A stretch of 62,149 bases of DNA, filler included, from Basidiobolus ranarum (GCA_040143965.1; 17 parts of 17 records of this genome joined end to end with filler, not necessarily neighbours in it), one strand, 5' to 3'; numbered from the whole stretch's first letter, positions 23,150 through 36,563 are shown. A program made the numbers and translations. The notes: a model not told the origin generated them from the sequence alone.

Positions 23150-25074
23150 ACTTCTACCACAGCTGAAGTAGACCTAAGTGTATCTTGTATAATCAGTAAT
23201 AAATGTGCTTAAATATTCCTTCCCCTCAAGATAATTTTTGCAAGGGTCCACACAAGTCTTAGTAAATAAGATCCAAGTTTTTGACAGATTTAATGGAATT
23301 AGAGTTCTTGAATGGTTGCCTGACTTGATTTCCATATATTCAACCCACACAAATTTCCAATTTGGTTGGGGTTAATTTGAATTCCACAAATTAGGCAACT
23401 TTGGATCATTTTGCTTAAATAATCAAATCAACCATGGTCAAATGTCTTCTGCTAAAATTGAATAGTTTCTTGATTAGGATAATGTATACTTACATATGTG
23501 ACACTTAGATTATATGTAAGCTTGTATAAGTTCTGATCCTTTTCTCCCAAAGCTAAACTATTCCTATTTTTATCAGCAATGATGCATCCTGACTTATCAA
23601 AATTGAATTTTGGTCCTCCTGCAGTGGCCTTGCATAGAGATATTAAATTCTTAGCAATATCTAGAACATGCAATAAATCATTAAAAGTATACACTCTCTC
23701 TTTGGAAGCACCAGTTAAATTAACCTAAATTGTTCCTATTTTAATGACATCCAATGTACAGTGTAGTGTGGGATAGTCTTCTTCCATCAATCCTTTCTGA
23801 TTGGGATTTCTTAATAATCAACATATCAATGTTTTTCCTTTGTGAAATGTTAAGAAGCTCCTGAATTAATATGCCACATATGTGAATCCTTGCTGGTTGT
23901 CATATATAGAGCAGATATGAACATGTGATCTTTTGTTGTAATCATATTTCCAGATTCAGTATGTATTTCTTTGTTTGCAATTCTTCAAAGCAATCTTTGC
24001 TACAGTGGCCAGTTTGTTTATAGTGAACACAGAATGTGTCACTTTTCTTCTTAAAAGGCTTTTGACCATTTTGAGAAGGTTTTCCATAGCTTATTACAGC
24101 ATTTTCTTCATTCAATTGTCTGGCTCCTAATTTGCATAAACCAACATTCAGGAGTCTGTCAATTACATAATTTATGGACAAATTTTCAGTTATGGATTCT
24201 AGAGCCATTGCTGTGTTCTGAAACTCATGTGGCAGGTTACCGAGGACTGTAATAATGCCATTCTGATCAGAAGTATTCAAATGTATTCCATTTTATCCAT
24301 CAAATGGTGACTTTATTGATCAGAGGTTTGATATCTTCTCATAGCTTCATCTTTAAACTAAGGAATTATCTTCTTTGAAGCATCTTGTTGGCAGCAGAAC
24401 ATGTTTGGTAGGTATCTTCTAAGACTTTCCATACCTTCTTGGCAGTTTTTGTTTTTGAACATTAAGTAATCAATTTGTCTTTGATCATACAACAAATTGT
24501 GTTAAAGGCATTTTGTTTGTTTTTAACTTGGAGTAAAACTTTGGTTTCTGATAGTTTAGCACTGCTTTCTTCTACAACAGTGACCCAAAGTCCTTTTTCT
24601 TGCAGTAACATATTCATTTTCCAAACTTGATAATTGATTTGATCCAATTTACTGGAAGAAGGAAAAGTTCCCAAGATTTGAGAAGTAGACATCATAAAGA
24701 GTTCAAACTTATGGCTCAAAACCTGTTAAAGTATTTTGGGAGCCTGTTGGATGTGGTTTGGAGAATTAGGGAAATTGGTGGTTTTTCACATATTGATTTA
24801 TTAAGTATTCAGTTAACATTTATAGTTTTGTCAAGAAGTAAACAAACTAACATATAGAATGTGTTAAGGAAGGTTACAGCAACATGTGTGCAAAGTTTGG
24901 GGCTTCTAGTACAAGTTTAAAAAATCTACATATCCAAGAATTTCTAAGTTGGTGAAAAATATTCCAAGTAAATTACAATATTGGATAATGGTTGATATCT
25001 TAGTTCAATACAGGTTAACTAAAAACTAAGTTATATATGACTCTATAGGTGTTTAGGCAATACTAATTTTAACA
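23150..25074 (-). mobile_element. Ty1/Copia element, 5' half: LTR A (24724-25074), PBS, decayed gag, protease, GAG-pre-integrase and integrase start
   Basis: The LTR is followed by GGTTTTGAGCC. Gag reads MSTSQILGTFPSSSKLDQINYQVWK, with a zinc-knuckle remnant CVHYKQTGHCSKDC and the copia protease-region motif DLLHVLDIAKNLIS. Confidence 0.9.
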
Positions 25075-25244
25075 GTTCACTCATTTTATCAATTTATCTA
25101 GTGGAAATTTTGAAGGTGAAATTCAAGTGGTATTTATTGATGTGTTGGGGGACAGGCAGCAATGAGAAGTGTGACAAATGTAAAGAGAAGACCCCTGTGA
25201 TTCATACACATATTGAATGATTCAACCATCTATATAGGTTCATT

Positions 25245-25581
25245 TCATGGTAGGTATATATCATCCGCAGTGGAATTGGTAGGTGGGGGTAAGGAGAGTA
25301 CTCCTCTATGTGGATGGAGGTCCATCTGACTTGTATTAGTTAATCCAGAATAAGAAGGTGACGGCATATTGATAGGTGGAACTGGTAAAGGTGTGAATGA
25401 AGGCATCTCAGCTTCTGGGTCGTAAGGTTCATCAACCATAATAGCTAGTAAAAAGAGTGGAAATAATTAGGTGAGATTGGTTAGATTTGGATGCAAGCCG
25501 GTCGTCACCACTAGTTTGGATGAAAATAATTACCTGACAGTTTGGCGATCTTATTTTCAATCTGAATTAAGTTGCAAAACG
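25245..25581 (-). CDS. 3' end of a host gene with a Pro-rich C-terminus (unknown product)
   Basis: IENKIAKLS, then a GT-AG intron (~25533-25446), then AIMVDEPYDPEAEMPSF...DDIYLP*. CpG content is normal, unlike the adjacent TE. Confidence 0.6.
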
Positions 25582-25681
25582 NNNNNNNNNNNNNNNNNNN
25601 NNNNNNNNNNNNNNNNNNNNNNNNNTTAATTAATTAANNNNNNNNNNNNNNNNNNNNNNNNNNNNNNNNNNNNNNNNNNNN

Positions 25682-26445
25682 GTTATGCTGATACCTCGGA
25701 TCTGAAGAAGGACCCAGTGGTAGCTTTCCAACATAAATTCTACCCATACTTTGCCATTTTCATGGGCTTTGTTTTCCCCACATTAGTGCCTGGCCTAGGG
25801 TGGGGCGATTGGAGAGGTGGATTCTACTATTCTGCCATCGCTCGATTGGTATTTGTTCACCATGCCACCTTCTGTGTCAACAGCTTGGCCCATTACATAG
25901 GAGAATTCACCTATGATGACAAGCACACTCCACGTGATCACATCATCACAGCCTTTGTTACTCTTGGGGAAGGCTATCACAACTTCCATCATGAATTCCC
26001 AGGAGACTATCGGAACGCCATCCGGTTCTATCAATACGATCCTACCAAATGGAGCATCCGATTCATGTCTTTCTTTGGACTTACCTACGGGTTAAAACGA
26101 TTCCCCACAAATGAGATTGTCAAGGGATACGTCCATATGCAGGAGAAGAAGATCGATGGCATTAAAAAGACCCTGGACTGGGGGAAAGCCATTGACACAC
26201 TTCCAGCCTACACTCAAAAGCAGTTCCAACATCGAATTGCTACCCAGAACTGCAAATGGGTCATTGTCGATGGCATCATTCATGATGTGGAAGATTTCAT
26301 TCACGACCATCCAGGTGGTAAGGCTTTGATCAAATCGTTTATTGGTAAGGATTGTACGAGCGCCTTTACTGGCGGCGTATATGACCATAGCAACGGTGCT
26401 AGAAACCTATTGACATCTATGCGTGTAGGTGTCATCCAAAAATAA
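25682..26445 (+). CDS. OLE1: Delta-9 acyl-CoA desaturase with fused C-terminal cytochrome b5, 5' truncated
   Basis: HHATFCVNSLAH, the GEGYHNFHH His box, YDPTKW and the cytochrome b5 HPGG motif. Confidence 0.97.
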
Positions 26446-26673
26446 TTATATAAGTGCTGTCACATTCTCTGTTAATAAATCCCCTATTTACTACGATTAT
26501 TGGCGCTATTGTTATTGTTATGCATGACCTGAGATAGAATCAGATGATATTCGTATGGAATGCTGCTTTACTTGGATAGTAAGCCATTGAATGGACATAA
26601 AAATAACCTAACGCTGAGCGGTGAGGTGATACAGATTAGATAGAAAAATGGGGAAATTAGTCACATGATGGGG

Positions 26674-28324
26674 TTATTCACATACTCCTGGATAGCTCTT
26701 CCATTTCTAGATCGAAGGTCAATCAATGTTATTATTGAGGCTTTGTTGTTGTAAGGTCTTAGAAATTCCTTACTTTGTGATTCAGCTTTCGAAAATCTTT
26801 CACTTCAAAAATTAACATCAAATACTTCGCTAGTGGATACAACTCACGATCAGTGGCCCTGGACACAGGCCCGTTCTTGAAGGCGGATATTTTGAGTCCC
26901 TAGAGAATTAACACATGTCAGTAGAGTTCCAAGAGATGTAACAGCCGCCTCTTACGCTCGTAGGGTTCATGGCAAAATTCCTCCCCAGGTCGTCAATATG
27001 GATAGTGTTGGTAGCAGAGAAGCGATCAGGGAACTTGGACCAAATTATGTCTAGTGCTTTCACTTGGTGTTTGAACGGGGTGCCGTCTGGACGCCTTGTT
27101 GTAATGGAAAACATACAAGTGATATCAATCACTTTAAGTCGTCAGGTGATTAGTCTAAAAAACCAACCAGTAAGTAGGTCAATCATCTCACCTGCAGCAA
27201 TCTTGTATTCTGAGTGCGTCAAGATACCAAGCTCCGTTACTTTCATCTCCTTTAATGAGAGTGACCATCATTATCACCAGTTCTGTATGCTGTGTCGACA
27301 AATATCTTACCAGAGTTCTCCAGGATGTTTGGCTCCAAATCATGATATCGTAGTATTCATAGACGGCAGTCTAGTACAGTTAAAGTAAGAGAGAGGAAAA
27401 GTGATTCATTAACAATCTAAAAGGCTGTGGTTATGCAATCTATTTCTTACCAAAAATTCATGAAGGCCTGGTCTCATTAGCTCGCTTATATGATTTGCTG
27501 GAGTTTTACAATCAAAAAGAGTGTAATCTGAGGACGAGAATATATGAGCTTTCTACACTACCAAATACTAGTATGGCAGCGGATTTTGTGCCTTACCCAA
27601 ATCCAATACCAGAAGCTTTTTGTCTAGAGTTATAAATAGAAGTTATTTGGTGAAGTTGCGCGTCATGTTTGTGCAACTCAATTTACCTTGACGTAGCGGA
27701 TTCAGCAAGGGAATTTTCGCCTAGCGATATGTTAATACCACTTGGAGAGGTTGTCTATAATAATTGTATGTAAATACCTTTTCTATCGTTTCCATTAGTT
27801 TGATTTTGTTTTCTTTATCGTTCTTGTAGGTGTCGTCGTTCTCGGGTATATAATCATATTCGAGATCATTAACTACTTCGGGTAGCTCCAATTCACTGGC
27901 GTCTTTAAGAATCTTCTCCTCAGGGGTTCCTATAGGACAATATGTAAATACAATAACTATGAAGCTATACTTCGTTTACAAGGCTGGAGAACCTTACCCA
28001 TCATAATAAAGTTATGGTTTTCTTTGAGTTGTAAAGAGCCGAGTACGACATCATCCAACTTGAAAAAATCGAGTTTTAGAGAACATTGCTACTGAAAAGA
28101 AAGAAAAGAATCTATCTTACTGGCAACTTCCCCTTTACTAATCCAATAATCTTTTGTCGTTTTGGCTTTACTTTAGTCAGATCTGAAAGTTTTTCCTTCA
28201 AGCTTCCAACTGTATCTTGTACTGACATTTCTATAGGTAACTTTGTACCTTTCCAGGTAGCCGTCATATTGAGAGGTCTCTTTTTTGATATTTCAGAGTC
28301 TGTTTCTATTCCATTATTGCTCAT
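26674..28324 (-). CDS. UBLCP1: Ubiquitin-like domain-containing CTD phosphatase 1, 11 exons
   Basis: N-terminal UBL (TVGSLKEKLSDLTKVKPKRQKIIGL); spliced HAD motif KLLVLDL|DYTLFD; MRPGLHEFL, IMIWSQTSW and NTIHIDDLGRNFAMNP; ten short GT-AG introns; stop at 26674. Confidence 0.92.
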
Positions 28325-29041
28325 GTTCTGGTTTAAATTCTTATATAGTAACGTGTAGATAAACGAAGACAACCCGATTTGATTGACACATGGATACAAG
28401 AACTAGTGCAAATGACGGCTGATTTGACACCCAATTTCCCCTCGGATTTCCCTATATACGTCACGCATTCTAAGATGAGTTGAAATATGTGATGGTAAAC
28501 ACATTCTACGATGAAGTTGACATATATGATTGTAAATAAGCTGCCCAATGAGTTTTATCTGTGGTGAACCCATCCAATGGAAGATTAAAGAGAGAAGTGA
28601 CAACTGAAGATCTCAACATATTAACCACACATCAGATGCGACTGAGCAATGTCAACTTCCATAATGACATCAGACTCTTTGGTAACACGCTAAACTGAAA
28701 CGTGATTATATTGAAGGAATAAAAATATGGACAGGGGACATTTGGCGCGAGATATTCCACGGAAAATACACTAGAATCAACATTATTTCTATTCAGCCTC
28801 TTCCGTTGAATAATAAGATCTACTCCTTGATTTATTGCATTAAGGTGCATTATTCGGTTTGATCTCCACCTGCTGAGGGATTTACGCTGCAAAGGTCTCA
28901 TAGTTCTGGAAATAATATTTAAACGGTCAACTGCGATCAAGAATTGCCTCAACCAAATCCCATCTTTGACTCTTTTACATTTGGTCTAACAATTCGATTT
29001 ACACCTTACTATTCATTTTGGTGGGAAACTCGATATTGAGC

Positions 29042-29243
29042 ATGAAGCGGTATTTTCTCTTTTGCGTCGCTATTCTAATCCTCTGTAGTTTAGAATGGAC
29101 ATTGGGAAAAGTAGTTCGATACGACTTTAATATCACGCTTGAGAATTGGTCCTCCGACTGCTTCTCTCGACCTAGTGTGTTGATTAATGGTCTGTCCCCT
29201 GGCCCAGAGATTCATGTAAACGCTGGAGATCAATTGATCGTTA
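29042..29243 (+). CDS. Multicopper oxidase (laccase/ascorbate oxidase-like), 5' fragment
   Basis: Signal peptide followed by VRYDFNIT...DCFSRPSVLINGLSPGPEIHVNAGDQLIV, the start of a Cu-oxidase_3 domain. Truncated by the spacer. Confidence 0.88.
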
Positions 29244-30646
29244 NNNNNNNNNNNNNNNNNNNNNNNNNNNNNNNNNNNNNNNNNNNNTTAATTAATTAAN
29301 NNNNNNNNNNNNNNNNNNNNNNNNNNNNNNNNNNNNNNNNNNNGTATCTATCTTTTAATGCACTTATAGATTGATGCAGTCACGCCAGAAAGAAAGTTAG
29401 GTAATATCATCTAACGTGAAAAGTACACGGGAAAAGTACCAACTAGTTATTTAGATTCACTTCTGTTTAATATTAGATGTAAACCATTAGCAAAGGAAGG
29501 AAATTTTCCGTATCGGATAGAATTCCGAAAGAATTTATGGCGATCAACTTGGAGTTGTAAAATCCATTTATCACTTAAATGGTTCTTGTAACTATTAAGA
29601 AATCTATGCTTGGGAATATATCAGCTCCGTTAATGAAAACCCTGCCGATTATGCAAATACAGTAGTAACTGATACCTTGGAGACCATCTCTAGGTAATAT
29701 TTGAACCACTTAATCAATCACTAGGTTAGCAATATATCAGATATCTCTCTGTGGTACATATACTGTACGCACTGTCAGAAATACATTACAAAAGCATGTT
29801 TCAATTAGCACCATTCGGAATCCAAATCATCGCCAAACTCGATATTCGTCAGTATGATGTCATTGGAGAATTATTTGGTATCCTATAGAGATGACTATTT
29901 ATGGTTAATATGAATCTGACCAAGCAATATTATCGAAGATTCGAAACAAGAGGAAAAAGAAAAAAAAGGGGATTTCCGAGGATTTCAATAGGAATTACAC
30001 GGTCACATTTAAAATAATATTCCGTTGGTAAGGTAATGCAACTGGATGGATGATTTAAGGGAAGATTTAAGAGATGACCTTAAATAGTATAGAATATCTA
30101 ATATCCTCTCGCGTTGAGTGGCGCGTTAATGATTCGCGTATCAATGGATTTTACTTTACATGGGATGCTTTGGGATGGGAGGAATATTGATTATCCTTTA
30201 ATGCATTTTAATGTATCCTTGGACGTCACCATATCACCGTCACTTCAAGCCACTTTACCAACCTCTCCAATTTCGGTTACTTCCGCTTATCCATGGGCTC
30301 GGTGATTCAATGTCAAGTGATCTCCAAGTATGCTTATGAAATTTAGTCATGTGTTGAATACCATTCGTGGATACTTCAAGGTAAAGATTTGGATTTTATG
30401 CGTCAAGTAATGTCAATGCTAAAAATAAAGAGAATGAAAATTAGAAAAAAAGTCAGAGTAAGAATGGAAAGGACTATCCCAAAGAGAGAGATACTCATCG
30501 TTCCAGGTCTTTCAATCACTTCCCTTAACGCTCTTTATAAAAAGAAGGAGGAATTCCTTTCGGAATAATAAACCTTAACATTCATTTATTCTTAGTCAGT
30601 TCGCTTTTATCCAAGAAATCACTCACTTTTACTTTATTATATTATC

Positions 30647-31438
30647 ATGGTTGGTTGGAAATCTCTTATAAATCTTACTACTTTAACTACTCTTTTCACT
30701 ATTCATCAGGTTTCTGCCGTTCCGATTCAAAGTAAAGCTGGTCTTTTCAACAAGCGGGAAACGTTTTCTGGTGATGGTACTTACTACAACCCTGGTCTTG
30801 GTTCCTGTGAGGTGGTCTCCGGTCCGACACAATTGATCGCTGCCTTGAATGCTCCCCAATTTGGTTCGTACCCTCGTCCAAGAGATAGTCCTGCATGCTT
30901 TAGCTGTGCTAAGGTTCATGGTCCAAAGGGTAGTGTCCAAGTACAAATTGTTGATACTTGTCCATCCTGTAAGGAGGGAAGTCTTGATCTTAGTCCCACA
31001 GCTTTTGAGCATATCGCTAATCTGACTCAAGGACGTGTTCATATTACATGGAACTATGTCGCTTGTGGTAAAGAAAGCACTAGTCCTAGTCCTAGCCCTA
31101 GCCCTAGTCATATTCATAAGGATATCAGTACTAGCAGCCCCATCAGTGTGCCAACCACTAAGATCAATGTCAAGAAACCCGAACATCAGAGTGCTAAGCC
31201 TAAACCAACTGAAGTCCAGAATACCACCACTACTGATACCGAAAAAAGTCAACCAACCGCTAGCGATTTCTCATTGGAAAATGAGCAATGTCACTTTGAA
31301 AGAAGATGTACTAATCCCGGAGTAACTGGAGAATTCGAGACTTGTATCAATGGAAGTATTGATCTACAGGTATGTGCTGATGGTACGGTGTGTAAAGCAG
31401 ATAATGGAGATATTATCTGTACTTGGGCCTCAAAGTAA
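30647..31438 (+). CDS. Secreted expansin-like/RlpA double-psi beta-barrel protein with S/T/P linker and C-terminal CBM19-like Cys domain
   Basis: Signal peptide, KR site, FSGDGTYYNPGLGSC and IVDTCPSCKEGSLDLSPTAF motifs; C-terminal C..RC...FETC.NG....QVCADGTVC; TATAAAA at ~30536. Confidence 0.92.
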   Translation: MVGWKSLINLTTLTTLFTIHQVSAVPIQSKAGLFNKRETFSGDGTYYNPGLGSCEVVSGPTQLIAALNAPQFGSYPRPRDSPACFSCAKVHGPKGSVQVQIVDTCPSCKEGSLDLSPTAFEHIANLTQGRVHITWNYVACGKESTSPSPSPSPSHIHKDISTSSPISVPTTKINVKKPEHQSAKPKPTEVQNTTTTDTEKSQPTASDFSLENEQCHFERRCTNPGVTGEFETCINGSIDLQVCADGTVCKADNGDIICTWASK

Positions 31439-32360
31439 TATTCCCCTCTAACCTTTGTAATTAATCTATTAATCTAAATCAGGAAATAAATGATATAATT
31501 TGAATCCCATTTCCGATTCTCACAAGCTATTTTACGTGTGTCTAAGAATAGATCTCTACAATGAGAAATTCTAGTTCAACCTTAAGTATTTCATATCAAG
31601 CAACCTTTTAGGTTGATCTTCAGGGCAGTTTTATCCAGAAAAGTAACATATCGTAAAATTAGCCCATTGGTACTATCTAAAGGTTATTGACAGAGTCTTG
31701 ATGCCATTCTTTCTAGAATCAGACTTCGAGTCTAGATATACCGACCTCAAGTTACCTCTAATAACAAGATCCCCTCAACGATACTCACATCTATTCATTG
31801 CAGTTTTCCAGCTTTGACAAACTCTTTGAATGAGTATGGAACTTGGGTGTAGGACATTGAAACTTTTGCTTAACATGGCGATTGATATGCCATATTTGTC
31901 CATATTCACCTCATACTCCCTATTTGGGATGCTCATTACTATATTATATTTTTTACCATGAATCGGTAATTATGTGAAATCTGATATTGAGCATTTATAG
32001 AAACACGGATGTTTTATTTTGGATGTTTCAACTGTCATTTATATCGGGATACTGTAGATGAGTGTTCTGGGTATATCACATGATATGGCATCTGACTTGC
32101 CTTGTTCTACATACGAAATATGTAGTTATACAAATATCGGTTTTCATTACTGTATATTGTATGTAGTAAATTGATCTGAGATTACTCCGACTCTTACAAG
32201 TCACTCTCAAATAGTATCTGAAATAGTAAAGTATTATATATTGCATAAATAGTATGCAGCTTAAATTCAGTACAGACATGTACTCTTTAATATGCTTTGA
32301 AACACCAAGATTTAAGAATATTTTTCATGTTAGCAATCATAAACTGAACCTATCTGAGTT

Positions 32361-32532
32361 CTAGATTCTGAGCAATACTTCAGTATATTAAGAATATTTC
32401 TCAAGTGGTAATGGCTTATTATATATTATAAATACTTGTTTACTAGAATATTGAGCAATACTACAGTAAATTAAGAACATTTCTCAAGTAGTAAGTCTTA
32501 ATACATTTTATGAATGCTTGCTTACTAGAATA
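32361..32532. repeat. AT-rich tandem duplication, ~83-bp unit x2
   Basis: TGAGCAATACT.CAGTA.ATTAAGAA.ATTTCTCAAGT.GTAA at 32369 and 32452. Confidence 0.75.
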
Positions 32533-34936
32533 ATTTCACAAATGTGTCAATATGCAATAAATAATTCATTTATTCAAAACTAATTAGGACCACTGAACAT
32601 TCTACTGTATGGTTTTGGGGAATCCACTATGTCTCGGACTGCTACTTGAATGTAAATTTCCAAAGAGTTGACTATATTATTATGCTGTTCAAAATTCAAT
32701 TTTAAAATGTCACACAGGGATGACTTTAAAGAGTAACTCTAGAAAATGTGGTTATGAATTAGGGAGCTTAGAGTATCTAACTCTCAATATTTGACTTCTT
32801 ACTTTTATCCTAATGAAACCGTCTATTTGCAAAAAGCCAATATTTCATTTTCATATATATTGAGTGTTTATATATTATTATAAAGCACTAAATCAAGTGA
32901 TACGNNNNNNNNNNNNNNNNNNNNNNNNNNNNNNNNNNNNNNNNNNNNTTAATTAATTAANNNNNNNNNNNNNNNNNNNNNNNNNNNNNNNNNNNNNNNN
33001 NNNNCTATCCTGGTTTAGGCTGAGGAAAAGGGGAAAACAAGAGAGTCAAGGATTGTAAATTTACTTGATTCAAACTAATGCACCAAGCCGACGATAATGG
33101 TTTTCATTTTAAATGTAACTTGGAGTTTGCTTATAATACAAAATATTCCACCCTTGTTCAATGGAGTACGTTGATCTCAACTTAGTGCTAATTTCATTGT
33201 ATTTAACGTATAATTGGGCATCATTTTGGTGACTGGCACCGACCAAGATAACATGTGGTCTTTTCATTTGTGCTACTTGGCAAGTCTACTCAGAGACAAT
33301 ATAATGCTAATAGTAGTAGCTCTTGGGGCATCAATCCTTCACTCAATCAAAGGTATAAAACCACTAAATATAGACAAATGACTGCACAAGCCATGTTATA
33401 AACTCGGCTTATTATCTGACATTTACTTTATATTATAAGCGCGTACACATATATTACTCAATCGCCGATCATGAGTGACATCTAATATCATCCTTTGTTA
33501 AAGAATATCAAATTGAGGTGTATGTATATCTGATGAAGTAGGTTCGTAAAGAGATATAGAGAACCCATCCGCCATATATACATGGGGGTTGACAAAGGAT
33601 GATATTTAAGTGTGTTTACTATAAGCTTATACGGAGGTTTCATAGTGAGCCTTCATATGGCGACTAATCATTACATTCTACTTACGGAATTAAATGGTAT
33701 GTGCACCTGGCCTAATCACAGGCCGTTGGCAAATTAGTGTCTCTTTGGGTTTAAAGGCAGCGGTTTCAAATCAATATCCCAGCTAGTGTTTAATTGGATT
33801 GGCTAGTGTATATACATGTGGACGTGATATGTTAGTTGGATAGTGTTACATTTTCCAGGAGCAAGTATAAGTCAGAAACTACACGAGCAACTTCTGGAAA
33901 TCGATCTTGAGATTTCTTATGCTGTGCCTGGTTAGTTACTTGAGGAATGAGCAGAGTGATATCTCAGTCACAATGTCGCAGTGCATCTTTATACATAATT
34001 CAGGATAACTGAACCTAGTTGTCATGCACAATGTAGTAAAAGAGTAAACTGACACGAAAGCAGGCCGTTTAACTGGCCAAGTTGTCAAAAATGGGTATCT
34101 TTTTGAAAGGTGCAGCAAGAGTATCAGTAGCTATCCATCGCCATCGCCATCGCCATCGGTAAAGCCTAATTAAACCCCTATTTTCTTGTGCGATGAGTAG
34201 ATCGCGGACTTCAGAAAACACAAGCCATTTCGGATCTCCATGCCACTTGTTGAGTTTCATGCAGATCTTGGAGAGCGCAGGATCGAAGGTGTGAATGGGC
34301 CCAGTCCCAAAGTGGAAGGAATTAAATATATAGCCAACACGAATTTGATTGATTGTTCCGTGAATGAGTTCTCCACAGATTCCATGATAAAACCAAACCC
34401 TTGATTACTGACTCTTATTATTATACACATTCTTCCATGATGATATGTTAGACATCTAGTAGACTCCTTAAAGTATTAAGATGTTTCGCAGCTACTAGCT
34501 AAAGTGATTCAGTATCCTATTGTAAATTATATTTTGAGTTCTGTGGAATTATCATTGGATTATATCGAAAAACAAACACACATGCCACCTGGAGAAAGTT
34601 GCACGAAACGCGGAAATGATTCAGGGTAATGATACTAAAGTCCCGATAAAGAAATACTGCATACTATAATCGGCTAATGCATCACTTATGTAAATTCAAC
34701 TTGGTTTTGGTTAGTTTGTCTTTGCAATGCGGTAGTCACAAATAGGAATTAACTAATATACTCTGTCATGCTTTTTAAAGCTCTTGTATCTTGTGCCACT
34801 TTATTATTCACAGTGCAGCCAAGCGGAGCAATGCTTTATACCACCTGATTGGGCAATAATATATGATTGCTTATCAGTTTGATACTGATGGGCCGCTTAC
34901 GTGATGCTATGCCTACACTGCAGCAATATGACTATC

Positions 34937-35030
34937 CGATTCAAAAAAGAGAAGCTTGTCGATCTAAACAATTCTAAAAGAGAAGCTTGTCGATCCAGAC
35001 GATTCAAAAAGAGAAGCTTGTCGATCCAAA
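34937..35030. repeat. 31-32-bp minisatellite x3
   Basis: Units sharing the core AAAAGAGAAGCTTGTCGATC start at 34937, 34969 and 35000, with no spacers. Confidence 0.9.
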
Positions 35031-35249
35031 GTTAGTATGATTCAGGTTACCAATCCTAGTCAGTATCATCATTTGTAAAATTTGCATTATTCTCGATGAT
35101 AATTACCGTAGAGATACCTTTTTTATCATAAGCATAGGTGTATTGAAGGATAGATGTCACTATTGATGAGGTCTTGGCCTCATTTAGCAGTTGCCAATGA
35201 TATCCAATATCTACATTGAAGTTTTATCTCAATTATAAGCCAATTTAAA

Positions 35250-35720
35250 GTCTTGCAAAGTATTGTTTACTAAAGACTTTATAAAATATCTGCTAGGCTT
35301 TCTTCTATTTCAGCACATGCTAACTTGATATGCTTGTTCTCAAGGGTTTGCACAATCAAATCATACTCCATATCTATATACTTACCGTTAATAAGATGTA
35401 ATAGATTCATAACTAATGCTAACTCAAAATGTGTTAGTAGAATACTTTCAATAAATCTCTTAAGCAACAAATAATTGTCTCTTTCAAATATTTAGAGATT
35501 GCCTTTAGTTCTGAACTGTGCAAAGATGGAATCTTGTAAGCTTTGGCTGATTGTATCAACTGAAAGTTAATATCTGGCCAGAAGGATATCACTCTGTAGC
35601 ACTCTCTATTAGAGCAAAACTCATTTCTGATTATGACAAATTGATTTGCTGTTCACTCCATCTATCACTCCACCAGATTGTTGCTTTATTAGCAGTTTTT
35701 AATCTTTGTAAAATCTTCTC
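35250..35720 (-). mobile_element. Highly decayed Copia RNase H remnant
   Basis: IVQTLENKHIKLACAEIEESLADIL resembles the copia RNase H end (FIRE.VE...I.L.Y..TE.M.ADI); CpG-depleted. Confidence 0.5.
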
Positions 35721-35749
35721 ACATATGTTATGACAATCATTAAAGAGCA

Positions 35750-36563
35750 TAATAAACTACATAGGATTTATTTATGACATTCTGATAAGATATAGCCACC
35801 CTTACAAGAAATATCAAGCCACTATGTCAAGAGTAATATCTTTCATGTCACATTGTATCAGCAGCTCAACAGAATTCAACATTGAATCAGCTTACTTTTG
35901 CTAATATCTTTTTTCCAAAGCAGTAAAAATCCTACATTATTGTGGCATTGCTAATTTAAGCTCTCCCAAGATTTCCCTCCCTTGACTGCATTAGATGCAT
36001 ATCTTGCTGGTTTCTGCAAAAAAGCAAAATAGCATGGCTCTGAATACTGACACACTGAGGTAGTAAAGCACTTCTCTATAGCTTCTGAATACTGATTGCC
36101 AAGAAGCCCAGCTATTATTGTCATAGATTCTTGTTCTATGTAAGCTGGAGGTGACCTAGAAAAAATATGCACACACACCTTCATGGCACAAAGCAACCAG
36201 CTGCACAAACCTGACATCTATCAGTAGTGAAAGTGCACAAAAATAACTTTAGTTTTGCTCACTGAGTCCATTGGCTGTGCTTTACCTCAAAGTGTTGATA
36301 ACACTGCTCAAAGTCAACATACCATGGAGTTACCACAGTTACACAACCAGATTGATATAGGTAGAAGTGCTAGTTTGGTCAAACCAGTAAGTCCAGAAAA
36401 CTTTGAGGACATGCTGCTAGATGTTGACATTAGTTATTCCAGTACTGATGGCAGTATATCAGAAGAAGATGATTTTGTTAAAGACTCTTTGTCATTGGCA
36501 AGCATTAGCCTACCCCAAACACTTACAGTAGTGCAGGTTTCTTTAATTATCAAGGAGTGGAAA
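35750..36563 (+). mobile_element. 5' coding region of the CMC/EnSpm element
   Basis: LVKPVSPENFEDMLLDVD.SYSSTD matches 41119-41313 and 50530-50900, which lie directly upstream of the transposase core in contigs 12 and 14. Confidence 0.75.

Noticed and set aside
33900-34330. ORF with RWRWRW and a (CCATCG)4 microsatellite
   Set aside because: The motif comes from the microsatellite, and no family or gene model could be supported.
34937-35030. CRISPR-like repeats, or a KR-EA pheromone-precursor repeat (AAA AGA GAA GCT)
   Set aside because: There are no spacers and no cas genes, and the context is eukaryotic. The 31-32-nt unit is not a multiple of 3, so KREA does not recur in frame.
35799-35810. 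CCCTTACAAG as a CMC terminal repeat
   Set aside because: It appears to correspond to internal sequence (CATCCTTACATAGG) of the contig-14 copy, so it is not an element end.
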